Shown here: positions 29,164 to 40,560 of the stretch, piece by piece | Position numbering within the stretch: position 1 is the first letter of the stretch | Layout of the letters: the number at the start of each line of letters is the position of its first letter | NCBI GenBank assembly: GCA_030704615.1 | Contig: CM060734.1 | Span: 55,738,001-55,802,000, forward strand | Direction of reading: 5' to 3' | DNA from: Takakia lepidozioides | Taxonomy: Eukaryota; Plantae; Bryophyta | DNA length: 64,000 bases | The notes under the pieces: generated by a model | Databases searched by the model: none | Told to the model about the DNA's origin: nothing | The model's input: the letters and a program-made list of their open reading frames with translations, nothing else | Made by a program: the position numbers and the translations under genes

Positions 29164-31168
29164 CTCCACTCTCTCCTCAAACGCATGCACAGAGTTACCG
29201 CAATCTGTTCCAACTGCAATCCTTGAGCACACACACAGTCCACCACGCCTGTCGTCCTTCACAGTAATCCGCTGAAACAAGCGTGGATCACACACACTAA
29301 CTTGGTTATATTCACAGCCTGCCTGCTCGCCCAGCTTTCCGTGGAAGCTTCCTCGGTATGCGGAGTCGGAGGCAATTGCAAAACGGGCGCTTTGCAGGAC
29401 GTCGTAAAATTTGGTCAGTCTTTTGGGCTTCGTGTTGAGCCGGGCAGGCCAGAAATGTTTTTGTCTTGCATCTTTCTGATGAAGTTTTTTGAATTAGGCA
29501 CATGAAAAGAGAAAAAAATGATTGTCTTGGGGTGAGAACAATGTGAGATTTTACGGGCTTTTTTTTCAGGGAGAGGCTATGCGACAAGGTTTTGTAATCA
29601 ATTTGTTTTGCAATGAATGATGATTTGGTGGACGGGAATGCTAAAGTCACTCGGGATGTACCTGATATCTGTCTTGACCTTAGTGTAGAGGAAACTATGT
29701 GTGCAGATGTCTTGCAAATCTGCACATTGGAAATGAGGATATCGACGAGGTAGATGGAGAGATCATGATGATCAGCGATGAGGATGAATATGGAGTCCAT
29801 GCAGGGGCCATTGGTAATTACATGGAGCTCTCGTAAATAGGTTGGGATTTCTAGGAAGATATTTCCCACGCATATGTTTGTTTTGATTTTTGTTCAATGA
29901 ATTCTCATCTTATTACAAACAACATGAGAAGAGGCTTGAAAGTTTTTTGCTGAAGTTTTCAGGAATCACTTTGGTCCAACAGTTTTCCGAGCAGTTATGC
30001 CAAAATTTGAAAAATTCTCAAAATGCGTTAACTCGATAAAATCAGCAAATATATATGTGATTGGATTCTTAGCTTCAATATGCACCCATAGCAACTCTCG
30101 CACTTTCAATTTGAATTAATTATCGCCTAAATGGTTGATAAGGGACCGTATTTACAAACAACATTCAAACAACATAGTGATTCATGAGTCCGGGCAGGTC
30201 TCAACTGGCCCACAGATTTTACTGAAAGTATCATATTTGTGTATCAAGTATAAACTTGCGTTGCTTGCCCGGCTTCAACTTTCTTCTTTCTTTTTCCAAC
30301 GGAAGCTCCCAGACCTTGGCTTCTTCCTCACTGTCCCGCATCCTCTCTTGCTCATAACTTACTCTCGAAGCGCTGTTCTTTGTGATTCCTTCCAACCTTT
30401 TCCGACTCCAACAAACCCCTATCCCTTCCTGGACTTGAGAATGAATGAGCATCCTTCATCCTTCCTTTCATAACAAGGAGGTTCTCATTCCTGTGATGCT
30501 TACTAGTACTGAGAACTCTTAACTGCAAGCCGTCATGAAGGTGACCTCCCCTGATGATACATATACCCTTTCCCCTCGTGCTAACTCATTGCGCAGAATC
30601 ACCCAATCCATTCCCCTTCATTCACGTTCCCGACAATCTCTGGCTTTAACAACCATGCAGCCGTCACATAATAACTAAGAGCTGCCACCACCTTTCATCT
30701 CGCCGCCCTATACCGTCGACTTCCCTCCTCACTCTCCGCTTAGGCTATACAGAGTTACTTGCTTGAGTAATCGTGTTGCAGTTTCTGTTTCTGGTCCTCC
30801 CCTCCGCACTCTTCGCTGCTGAGTGGCTTCCTTGCTAAAGTATTCGTGCTGCAGGTTCTGATTCTGGTCGTTCTGGGCTTCCATATCATTAGAATCCACG
30901 GGTGACTCTTTGCTCTGGGTTGCTGTGTTACTTCACCCCCTCTCTTCTCTTCTAGTTCCTTTCTTCTATCTCCTTCTCTCCTCCTTCTCTTACTGCAGTC
31001 TACTCCTCCTTTATGGGTCCTCTCAGCTTGCGTGCATCCAGGGGTGCCGCCAGGAACGGATCGCTTTCTGGTCCTCCTCGTCTTTCAGCTACTCTTCGCC
31101 CTCAGCCTTCCTCTGGGACTGCCTTCTTCCTAGCTCATCATTCTTTAACTCGCCAGGCGGAGCTCTCT

Positions 31169-31899
31169 AATGATACCTCCCACATCAACAGGGAAGGATC
31201 TTCTCAAGAGATCCAGACAACCTTCACTCCTCAGATGGGCAATCTGATAGGAGAGGTTTCGGATCACCCAGTCACCAATGCGGGCGTCGGAGACACAGAG
31301 AACAATCTCTCCGAACTGACCAACGAGCATCCTCTGGATCCACTGAACAGCAGAGTTGCAGAAATTGAAGAAAGAGGCATCCTTCTCCATTTCCCAGGCA
31401 TAAAGGTGGACAGCGCTTATGCTAGAGACTGGGCAATCTTAAACAGCACTCCTGTCACTCCCGTGGCCGCGGATTCGTCTCCATCATGTTTGAAACCAAA
31501 GAGGCGGCAGCGAGGGCTCTCTCCTTCAATCCGCACCGTAAAGGGTTTGATGTTAACATCTTCCCAGACACCAAAGTTATGGGAAACAGGAATGGGAAGT
31601 TATGGGGTCCCAGGATTATAGCGCTGCCTTATATCCCTGACCATTATATTGGAAACCATTTCGGCTTCTTTTTGGGTTGCCTGGAGGTTTTTGACCCCGA
31701 ATTCTGCACTGATTCCCTCATGGAAAATCCAGCTTGGCATGGAACTACTTTTTCATCTCGTATCAATGACAATGGCTTTCCAAAAATTGTTGTGATGATG
31801 CCCATTGACACAGTGCTCCCGAACTTTGTTAAGCTCCCCATCGACAAGGAAGGCAATTACTTTTCGGTCAAATTTACAGAAGTCACAGAAGACACTTGA
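31169..31899 (+). mobile_element. Degenerate LINE ORF1-like (DUF4283-type) fragment
   Basis: Two ORFs joined by a frameshift near 31460: ..RGILLHFPG../GRGFVSIMFETKEAAARAL..PKIVVMMPIDTVLPNFVKLP, resembling the RRM region of plant L1 ORF1. No ORF2 follows. Confidence 0.5.
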
Positions 31900-33336
31900 G
31901 GCCCACCGCCACATCCTGCTTCTTGAAAGCTCTAGAAGTAGGAGGGAACGGCCAAGAATTTTTTTATTTTTTTATTTTTGACTTTGATCCTGGACAGCTT
32001 TACAGATGGCTGTTAAAGTTGTCAAAAGGTATGAAGATGGCACTGATCTGCAAAACAGTTGTGGCACAAGGGTTCTTTACTGATAGATATGAGCTAGGTC
32101 TATGTACTTGTTGATTGCACTGTTTGCCTCTCTATTTATCACACAGCTGCTTGGATGTGAAGAGGTGTTGCTGAATCCTCAAAACACATACTCTAACATG
32201 CCCTTGCTTTTGGAAAGGTATGTATTTCATTCCTCCTCTCCTCTTGAGGCTGCAGCAGATTATGATTTTCATCATGTTTGGAGCCTCTCTTTTTCTGCCA
32301 AGTGGTAGTCGCAGTGACTTTAAAAACCTTCTTTGTTTGCAAAATCTTGTTAGTGAGTGAAGGAGAGGAATTGTGGAATTGTGAACACCAGAATTTCGAA
32401 CTGTAAACCGGCATTCTCTTATCCACCCCTCCCAGCTGCTTCTGTTGGTGACATCAACAATTGCAGCATGTGAGCATCCCTATCCATCGATACCTCTTTC
32501 CTCAGCCAAGGATGAGGACAAAGCTGAAAAGGTGCAGAGTACTAACAGCCCCGAGATGGTTGCTCAAACTGTGACCATTCCAAATGGGCATCCAGAAGGT
32601 GATGTCCTCAATGAGGATGACACAATGACGAGTGAGGTGGTATTTATTGATGTTGTCAATGACAAGGAGTCCAAACTAGAGTCAGGTTCCATTCAACCAT
32701 CTCAGATTGCCCCTGCAGTGGAACCAGTATTGGCTGTTTCCTCTCTAGAGTGTTTCTGTCACTCCACCTCTCTCTGGAGAAGCTCAAGTAGTTGGAACCC
32801 CTGTAGCTACTCTGGCTGCACCACTGACAGAGGACGATTTAGCTGATATTACAATGATGGATAGCAGTGAAGACTTATATCTTGCTCATACATGACAAAT
32901 GAGTCAGAATTCAACCAAAGCGAACCGTGTGCGTCTGTATTTGCCCATTCAACTGGGCCCTTTGCAGACCACATCTTCGTCCTGTCCACTTATTGGCACC
33001 TAACATCCTGGGAAATTGGTTGAGGATCCCTGTGGCAACAAAATGTGGGAGAGTGTATACCCATTGCTCAACATCTGGGACATAGAGGTTATGGTCTCCT
33101 GGGCACCCTCCCAGCATCAGTCATGGTAAGGAACGAGTGGAGCACTTGCACCGGGAAGCCTGTCATCGTCAAGTAAGTCTTCTGAGGAGGCTCTTGCAGT
33201 GGCTAGCTGATTAGGACAAACAGAGCCAGTAACCTTTAGGCGATTGTACTGGCCTAAAGTTTTTCTCAAAAAAGATCTATAGGATTTCTCACTTACGAAG
33301 GGCCACTTGTAGTCGGCTACTACCTGAGGAGCTAAA

Positions 33337-33380
33337 TTCTCTCTCTCCCTCTCTCTCTCTCCGTTCTCTCTCTCTCTCTT
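33337..33380. repeat. Imperfect (CT)n microsatellite
   Basis: ctctctctccctctctctctctccgttctctctctctctc. Confidence 0.85.
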
Positions 33381-34113
33381 TGTTCCTCTTGTTCCCCTTG
33401 TGGGGTCTAGGGCAACAAGGCCAGCAAACTACGCCTCTCTCTCCGGTTGATCATCTTAAGATCAATGCAAACATCAGGGCAAGTGCTCTAGTTCTTGATT
33501 ATGAGGGAAATATACATATCTGCACCATTCAAAATTTTGCTGTCATATTAGTTCTTTGAAGGATTTGATCTAGCTTTACCTCTGTCAGCACCACCGTTCC
33601 ATAATGGAGCACAGCCTTCAAGAACTCCAGACAAGTCTCAGGTTTGACTTGTGGGCCATTAGCAATTAATGTCAGATTAGACCCACCATTCATGTGTATT
33701 ACTCCAGTTTCATCCCTCTGTGAAATTGCACTAAGTTTTGCTGGACTTTAATAGACCGCCACTCGTGCAACTCCTGTGAAATGTTGTCCACCACCCCCAA
33801 GCACTTGTAGTATTGCTTCAGAATGGCAGCCTTGATTGAATGTGAAAGTCTTGGGGCAGTTTATTTGGCGCCAATCTTGAAATGCCTGTGATCGCCAGTT
33901 GAAGGGCGTTCTCTGTCTCGGCCAATTGTGCCATAAATAGCCAGATATGCTCCACACTCAATACAATGTCTATCAATGTCCTCTGGGCAGGCATGCCATT
34001 GCCCTGTTACGTAGAGATTGCTTCTCATCCCATGGCTGGGAAGAGGGGAAATGGCAAACGGACCTCCGACCAGGAAACCCTTCTCCTTGGAAAGAAACCC
34101 CATATTCCCAAGG

Positions 34114-35091
34114 CTAAGCAGGGAGGAAATCTTGAGGTTTGCCAATGGGGACATGCTCGTGGGCAAGAAACCCAGAAATTGCTGTGCGTTGCCAGCTCTT
34201 CAAACTTTTGCTATCAAGATGCACAACCACGTCGCCATCCGGAAATGCAGTCCTCGTGGCTGCAACAGCTTCTCGGATCGCCTCCTTCCAAGTACCACCT
34301 ATGTGAGAGAAATTGGAAGTAGACACAACACCGTTCTGGCTCTCAGAGCCTGGATCTTCCATAATCAGGGAATACCCTGACAACAAATGACCCACCCAGA
34401 CACCTTCCTTTTGAACAATATCCATGTGACGAGGAACATAATGGCCCCCTCCTAAGCCGAGCAAGACTCTCCCTCCTTGGTTAGCCTTAGTCCAACTACC
34501 GACACCAGGGCCTCCATCCAGCCCCAAACCTTTCCAAAACACCGTTGCAATCGCCAGTGCTGCGTCTTGCCTCTTCCAGTACTCCTCTGTGCTTCCAATT
34601 TCCACAAACATAGCAGGAGTATCCGTGTCCGGCCCATGATGAGTAGCTTCCAGAGTGACCTCAAATTCCGGTACTAATTTCTGAGCCACCGCCACACTCT
34701 TGAGCAGACGAAACCAGGGGCCTATGCGTGGGCATGGAGGAGCCGCCCAGCCAGGCCTGCCGCCTGCCGGCGGCTTTTCATGCGCTCTCAAATGTGGCAC
34801 TCCAATGGGATGCACAGTGAGGGCAGGCCGGTTGGAAGCGGCAGTGTGCCTGCTCATGAAGATGATCTCTTCCACACGCTCTCCTGTCTGCGCCTCCCAC
34901 TGCTTATCCAAGTGATCTTCCTCTATAATTCCGCCCTGCAACTGCACCAGCCTCACTCTCCCTGTCACAAAGCTCGCATTCTCCCCAAGGAAAGGCCCAG
35001 GCCGCCACGAGCATGGAGAGAGCGAAAGCAGCGCAGACGCTGGGCCGATGGAAGCAGCGTCAACCCTGCTGGCCACCAGCAACGACACCAT
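34114..35091 (-). CDS. GEK1: D-aminoacyl-tRNA deacylase DTD2 (archaeal-type), intronless, 325 aa from the ATG at 35091
   Basis: Uninterrupted ORF with MVSLLVASRVDAASIGPA, IFMSRHTAASNRPALTVHPIG, VTLEATHHGP, MFVEIGSTEEYW, LLGLGGGHYVPRH. Confidence 0.94.
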   Translation of the reverse strand: MVSLLVASRVDAASIGPASALLSLSPCSWRPGPFLGENASFVTGRVRLVQLQGGIIEEDHLDKQWEAQTGERVEEIIFMSRHTAASNRPALTVHPIGVPHLRAHEKPPAGGRPGWAAPPCPRIGPWFRLLKSVAVAQKLVPEFEVTLEATHHGPDTDTPAMFVEIGSTEEYWKRQDAALAIATVFWKGLGLDGGPGVGSWTKANQGGRVLLGLGGGHYVPRHMDIVQKEGVWVGHLLSGYSLIMEDPGSESQNGVVSTSNFSHIGGTWKEAIREAVAATRTAFPDGDVVVHLDSKSLKSWQRTAISGFLAHEHVPIGKPQDFLPA

Positions 35092-35191
35092 CGCTGCTTT
35101 GCTGTGCAACAAGATCAGCAGGCCGCCATAGCTACCCTCACAGAAATTCTTGAAGCTTGCCAGCCAGCCTGAGAAAGACCATCAACTTGTA

Positions 35192-35446
35192 CTTTTTTAT
35201 TTTATTTTTTTGAAACTCAGCCTGGGTAAGTTCTCTCTTGGAAAAAACTCATGAGTAAACAGGGCCTCTGTCCCCCTTTTATTTCTCTAAGCTAGGTTGA
35301 AATCATTTCATCTGATATATCATATCTACACTCAGTAGTTCTTGTACTACTTGACAAGTTCTCCCTTTGGCAATGAAGGTAGCAGGATTTGACCCCAGAA
35401 TCATCTGGGTGGGCACTGAGTGCACTATCCAACTGAGCCTCCACCT
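35192..35446 (-). mobile_element. tRNA-derived SINE-like element
   Basis: A-box-like GGCTCAGTTGG (35439-35429), B-box-like GGGTCAAATCC (~35395-35385), acceptor-stem-like GGTGG/CTACC pairing, and an A-rich tail aaaaaaataaaataaaaaa (~35211-35193). Confidence 0.5.
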
Positions 35447-36276
35447 GTTGGTTGCAACATTTTTTTGTGATTCAATTTTGTACTTCAAGTTTACGGCTTA
35501 CCACCAGTACTTAACAAGTTTTTTAGTTCCAAATTGTCTCATATTGATCTTACTACATATAATGTACCTACAAACACTATTATACCTATTGTGGCGATGA
35601 CCTATAAGACTAGGGCAGGTCATGAATTTATTATTTTCATCTTCACAGGTAAAAGCCGTCACTTTTTTCTCTCCACAAACCGCAGTGTGCCAATTGTCAA
35701 GAGGTAATGTTTGGGCTATCTGCTACAAAGAGAATGGAAGGGCAACACAAACAAGAGATTACATGGGGGGAAGAAGGCAATTCATAGCTTCCTACTATGC
35801 ACTCTTGAAACAGATAAGTTTCCTGATTGGACTCAGCCAACTCCAATGGAATGAAGTTGGAGATAACAAAGAGTTTGAGGCAAGACTGCACTCATTATGC
35901 AGTACCCAGTTCAGAGGGAGCTTACAGAGATTTCGGGAGGTTGGTCAGGCAAGTGAGGGTACTACCGGTGTTGCAAGTAGACCTCCACGACCTACTTCAA
36001 TATACAAAAGTTCTTCAAGTGAAGAGCTGGAAGTTGCTGAGTAACAAAATGCATTATCGTTTGGATGGTCTTACTGCACCTAGAAACAAGACAAAAGTGA
36101 AAGACAAGAAGGGAGATGAAGCGTGCTCTTCTTTCTCTTCACATCAAATTTCTTCACTAGTGTAGGGGGCTTGAACGCAAAACTGTTCGGCGTTTCAAGG
36201 AAACAACATGGTCGCATGGACCAAGAGTCAGGCAGCAGAGCTGCCGACATTTTTAGAAGACTTACTGCACACCTAC

Positions 36277-37454
36277 CTAGGCAGCAACTTCCTCAAAGGT
36301 CTGCCCCTCTACCAGGTCTGGGACATCATCATCATCCTCCTCATCCTCAATCCCAGCACTTTCTTGCCTCTGGTACTGCTGTGCAATTCTCTTCAGGTTT
36401 ACCAGATTGTCAGGGCCTGCACAAAGTAACACACAATTTAGGAGATGAGGACATTCACAGAAAGAGAGCTACTTTGATTTAGCACCTTTGGACGATGAGA
36501 GCAGAGTGCCTACCAAGCTGGTTGATGATACCCGGCAGAAGATCCTGAAGTTCTGTTCAACACGACACACCCCACAAACACCTAGTCAGAATGTAATTCC
36601 CTGTAGAAACCCTAGCTCAGTCTATTGCCAGAGTAGGTAGAATGCACCCGCTCAAACAAAGATATAAGCAAACTCCACAGCTTCCCACACAATCAAGTTC
36701 GCCAACATAAATATCAAGGTAGCAGAACATGAAAGACAGAAGCCTCTTACTCTTTGTTTGCGAGGGTCCACTAACAACCCATGTATTGGCAGCAATGGAA
36801 GCTTGCACTGCACACACAAACAAGACAGCCGAAAACTTGAGAGGATGGCATGCCTACATCAACAGTATGACTCCGACTACACCAACTAGACATTCAAACA
36901 CGAACAAGACATCGGCTTGCACGACGGAAGCTCAAACGCCATTGAAGAACACGCACGAAACCAAATCGTAATACAAGGATGTGGTCGACATCAACCCTGG
37001 CTCACGGGCGAACAACCGGAGTAGTACACTTCCAGTTCACGCAAGTGCTAGGGTTTCTGTCTCTGCAAGCAGCAATGCATTTCAAGCTGTGCATGTGAAG
37101 CATCCTCTACTAACAAATCCGATTGAGCGTGTATAGGGTTGGAGGATATCTATACCCTTGGGGTTCACAAAATGAATCACAGTCTCATCCTTGAAGATGT
37201 TGACTTCCTCAATGCCAGGTATGGTGTTGACGCCCAGTCTTTTCAAAGTATTCTGCAGCCTCTTGTCGTCTGTAGTTGTGGTCTTATGGACCGCTTTCTT
37301 CTTTCTGACAAACCCGCACCACACCACGTCAGGGTCATGAAACTGGCGACAAAAACAAACCAACCACAAAGGCAACAAGGCATCACCTTCTAACGCTGCC
37401 CTTGCCGCCAGTGCGGACCGCACTGGCCATCTTCATCAGCTTCTCCCTGTTCAT
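36277..37454 (-). CDS. BTF3: Nascent polypeptide-associated complex subunit beta (150 aa, 5 exons)
   Basis: Exons 37454-37387, 37304-37156, 36807-36751, 36552-36514, 36416-36277. [75 protein letters not shown]. Confidence 0.96.
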
Positions 37455-37739
37455 CTCGCCGATGAAAGGTAGCCCGCGGACAAGGGGTGATGTGTCTGTG
37501 CAGCTTGCCAAAGGGGAGCACGCTCGCACACACACTAGGGTATGCAGGCGGCGCCCGCCCGCGCTGCCAAGCGCGGCCGTGCTCTCCCCGGGTACCCGCT
37601 GCGGATGTCACCCATCACGACAGAGACACGATCATCCATCCACTCTAGAGAACAAGTAACTTATCTGCCATGTCAGCACTTACCGGCCATGTCGGATTAC
37701 CATTGTAGGACGAAATTCTATTTCTCCCTTTCCTAAGCG

Positions 37740-38330
37740 TATAATCATAAAAATAAAACTATTGAGAGAATATAAGAGGTGTTTTTTTCTTGAAGTGGGT
37801 CTTTTTATTTCTGGCGAATTTTCGCAATATTTCGACTTCAAAAAATAGAATGGAATATTCGTAAATTCCCTTTTTTCTGATGGATGAAATCGGCAAACTT
37901 CTCCAAACACTGAATTATGTGTTTTTATTTCTGGAAACTTTTCACAATATTTTTCCTCAAATGTTTTTAAGAAAAACAGATAAAAACAAAATAAAAACAA
38001 GTAAATAAGATAAAATCGAATATTCTGTCGTAAATTCCCTGTTTTCTAATGGATGAAATCGCCAAACTTCTCCAAATAAAATATAAATAATGGATGAATT
38101 TTCCAAATACGGATGACATACATGGATGAAAATACAGAGGAGGATGATTCTATCCAAATTTCAGTGGATGAACGAAAAATGTGGCTATTTCCTGCAAAAC
38201 TCAGCAGCCACTCCTGATATTCTCCAAATTTCAAACAAAAAACATCGAAGTGAGTCTCCGACTCACGAACTTCGAAGTGCTCTTTTCTTTTTCTTTTTTT
38301 TATTGCTCTTTGTTTTTAAAGAACAAATGA
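37740..38330. repeat. AT-rich repetitive insertion with internal direct repeats in the BTF3/EF-Tu divergent promoter
   Basis: Sharp AT-rich block between GC-rich flanks. cgtaaattccct..tggatgaaatcg.caaacttctccaaa at ~37860-37907 and ~38029-38075; ttttatttctgg..tttc.caatatt twice; repeated ggatga words. Confidence 0.6.
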
Positions 38331-38788
38331 ATAAAGGTAAGTTGCTAGTAAAAGTCGATTAGATACTAGTAACCAATCCAGAGGAGGATATACCAGCCGT
38401 CGATGCCAGAATCCAACGGTGCTTCACGGCGCACACGTTATCCCCATCGGAGGGCCAGCGGCGTCGAGGAACTACGAGTGGATCGCAGCAGGTTGACGTG
38501 GCTGACCCTCAGTCTGGGAGAACTGTTGCCGTCGGATGCTAAGAGGGACGGTGCAGATGCCTCGTTAGTGGATGGTCCGGGCACAGTGTAGAGGCGGCAT
38601 GCCCCTCTCTCCCTCCTCCTGTTGCGAGTCTGTCTGTCTGTGTGTGGCTGAGGATCGATAGAGGTCGGAGGGTGGAGGGAGAGAGAGAGACGGACACAGA
38701 CAGAGAGAGAGGGTTGGCTTGGAAGAGTGGTTGGCTTGGAAGAATCCAAGCCGGGAGGTGCAGGAGCAAGGTTGAGAGAATTTGAGAG

Positions 38789-40560
38789 ATGGCCTGCTGC
38801 GGTGCCGTCAGCCGGGCTGCTCTCTGCACGCCCTCAGCCTCCGGGAGCTCCACAAGCCCATGCAGGGAAGGTCGGCGGGTGTCTGTGGTGCGAGCCTCAC
38901 TTTCATTCGCATCCCCGTCCTCTGCCCGTAGCCTGAGCTCGAGCTCCAGTGCTGCTTTCGCCTCGGAGAGTTTGGTTGAGAGTCTCGGTGTTGTTTCTCG
39001 TAGAGCTGGAGGGAAGATTCCATCTTTCGTTGTGCGCGCCGCTCGTGAGAAGTTTGAGAGGAAGAAGCCGCATGTCAACATTGGTACCATAGGTCATGTT
39101 GATCATGGCAAGACTACCCTCACTGCAGCTCTTACCATGGCACTTGCGTCTGTCGGGGGCGGGGTGGCTAAGAAGTACGATGAAATTGATGCTGCACCTG
39201 AGGAGCGAGCCCGTGGTATTACTATCAATACTGCTACAGTGGAGTATGAAACAGCTAACCGGCATTACGCCCATGTGGATTGCCCTGGGCACGCTGATTA
39301 TGTGAAGAACATGATCACTGGAGCTGCGCAGATGGACGGGGCCATCTTGGTGGTGTCAGGTGCAGATGGACCTATGCCACAAACCAAGGAGCACATTCTG
39401 CTGGCCAAGCAAGTTGGTGTACCCAACATGGTGGTCTTTCTGAACAAAGAAGACCAGGTACGATTTGTCACTCTTAAGCTGAAAGTAAAGTAAGCGTAAG
39501 GTGCTGGGATTCATGTGTTGGCTTTGTGTTACTGTTAAACTTCTGTGCACATCCTCCCAAATTTTATTTCCTTTGCACGCCAGTACTTGAAGGAACGTAT
39601 TACTCTAGGACAATTTCTTAGTTCCTGAAGGGTTTGGTATTGCTGCTCTTGTCTCGCGGTATTCTGAAAATGCCTAGGTCTAGCTCATATTCACAGGAGC
39701 TGTGGAGGAATCCCACTTTGTGCGTGCCTTGACTGGTGGGAGGAGTGCAGGTGGATGATGCGGAGCTTCTAGAGCTGGTGGAGATGGAAGTGCGAGAGCT
39801 GCTCGGAAACTACGAGTTTCCGGGAGACGATGTTCCCATTGTGGCTGGGTCTGCGCTGATGGCATTGGAGGCACTAACTGCCAACCCTGCAATCAAAAAG
39901 GGTGAGAATGAGTGGGTGGACAAGATTTATAAATTGATGGAGGAGGTAGACAACTATATCCCGATCCCCGTCAGGCAAGTGGATTTACCATTCTTGATGG
40001 CGATTGAAGACGTGTTTTCCATCACTGGTCGTGGAACAGTTGCCACCGGGCGTGTGGAGAGAGGTACAATTAAGTTGGGAGAGACAGTTGAAATTGTTGG
40101 GTTGAAGGACACAAGAACCACCACTGTGACAGGGTTGGAAATGTTCCAGAAGCTGCTCGATGAGGCCATGGCTGGTGACAATGTTGGTGTTTTGCTTCGA
40201 GGTATCCAAAAGGCAGACATTCAGAGGGGCATGGTGCTTGCCAAGCCGGGCACTATTAAGGGCCATAGCAAATTTGAGGCCTCAGTGTACATTTTGAAAA
40301 AAGAAGAGGGAGGCAGGCACTCACCTTTCTTTGTAGGATACAAGCCCCAGTTCTACCTGCGGACCACAGATGTCACTGGGTCGGTTGTCAAAGTGGAGAA
40401 CGACAGGGGTGAGGAGACAAAGATGGTGGTGCCTGGTGATCGGGTGAATCTGACAGTGCAGCTCATCATGCCAATAGCTTGTGAGACTAAGATGAGGTTT
40501 GCCATCCGGGAGGGAGGCAAGACAGTTGGTGCTGGTGTCATTTCCAAAATCTTGGAGTAA
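38789..40560 (+). CDS. tufA: Nuclear-encoded plastid elongation factor Tu with transit peptide, 2 exons
   Basis: Ser-rich presequence ending VVRA|[26 protein letters not shown]. Exons 38789-39457 and 39751-40560. Ends [17 protein letters not shown]. Confidence 0.97.

Noticed and set aside
29312-29869. 185-aa ORF upstream of WSS1
   Set aside because: Non-ATG start, no recognisable motif, and it runs through the WSS1 promoter region.
35378-35446. Functional tRNA gene
   Set aside because: The anticodon arm and T-loop are degenerate (GTCAAAT instead of TTCRAAT) and there is no oligo-T terminator. It is better read as a SINE head.
36260-36279. Stop-codon readthrough from BTF3 into DTD2
   Set aside because: With either post-stop donor spliced to 35168, the readthrough frame is not the DTD2 frame and stops before the DTD2 ATG.
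38789-40560. Bacterial contamination or plastid DNA insertion for EF-Tu
   Set aside because: It has a transit peptide and a spliceosomal intron, so it is a normal nuclear gene.
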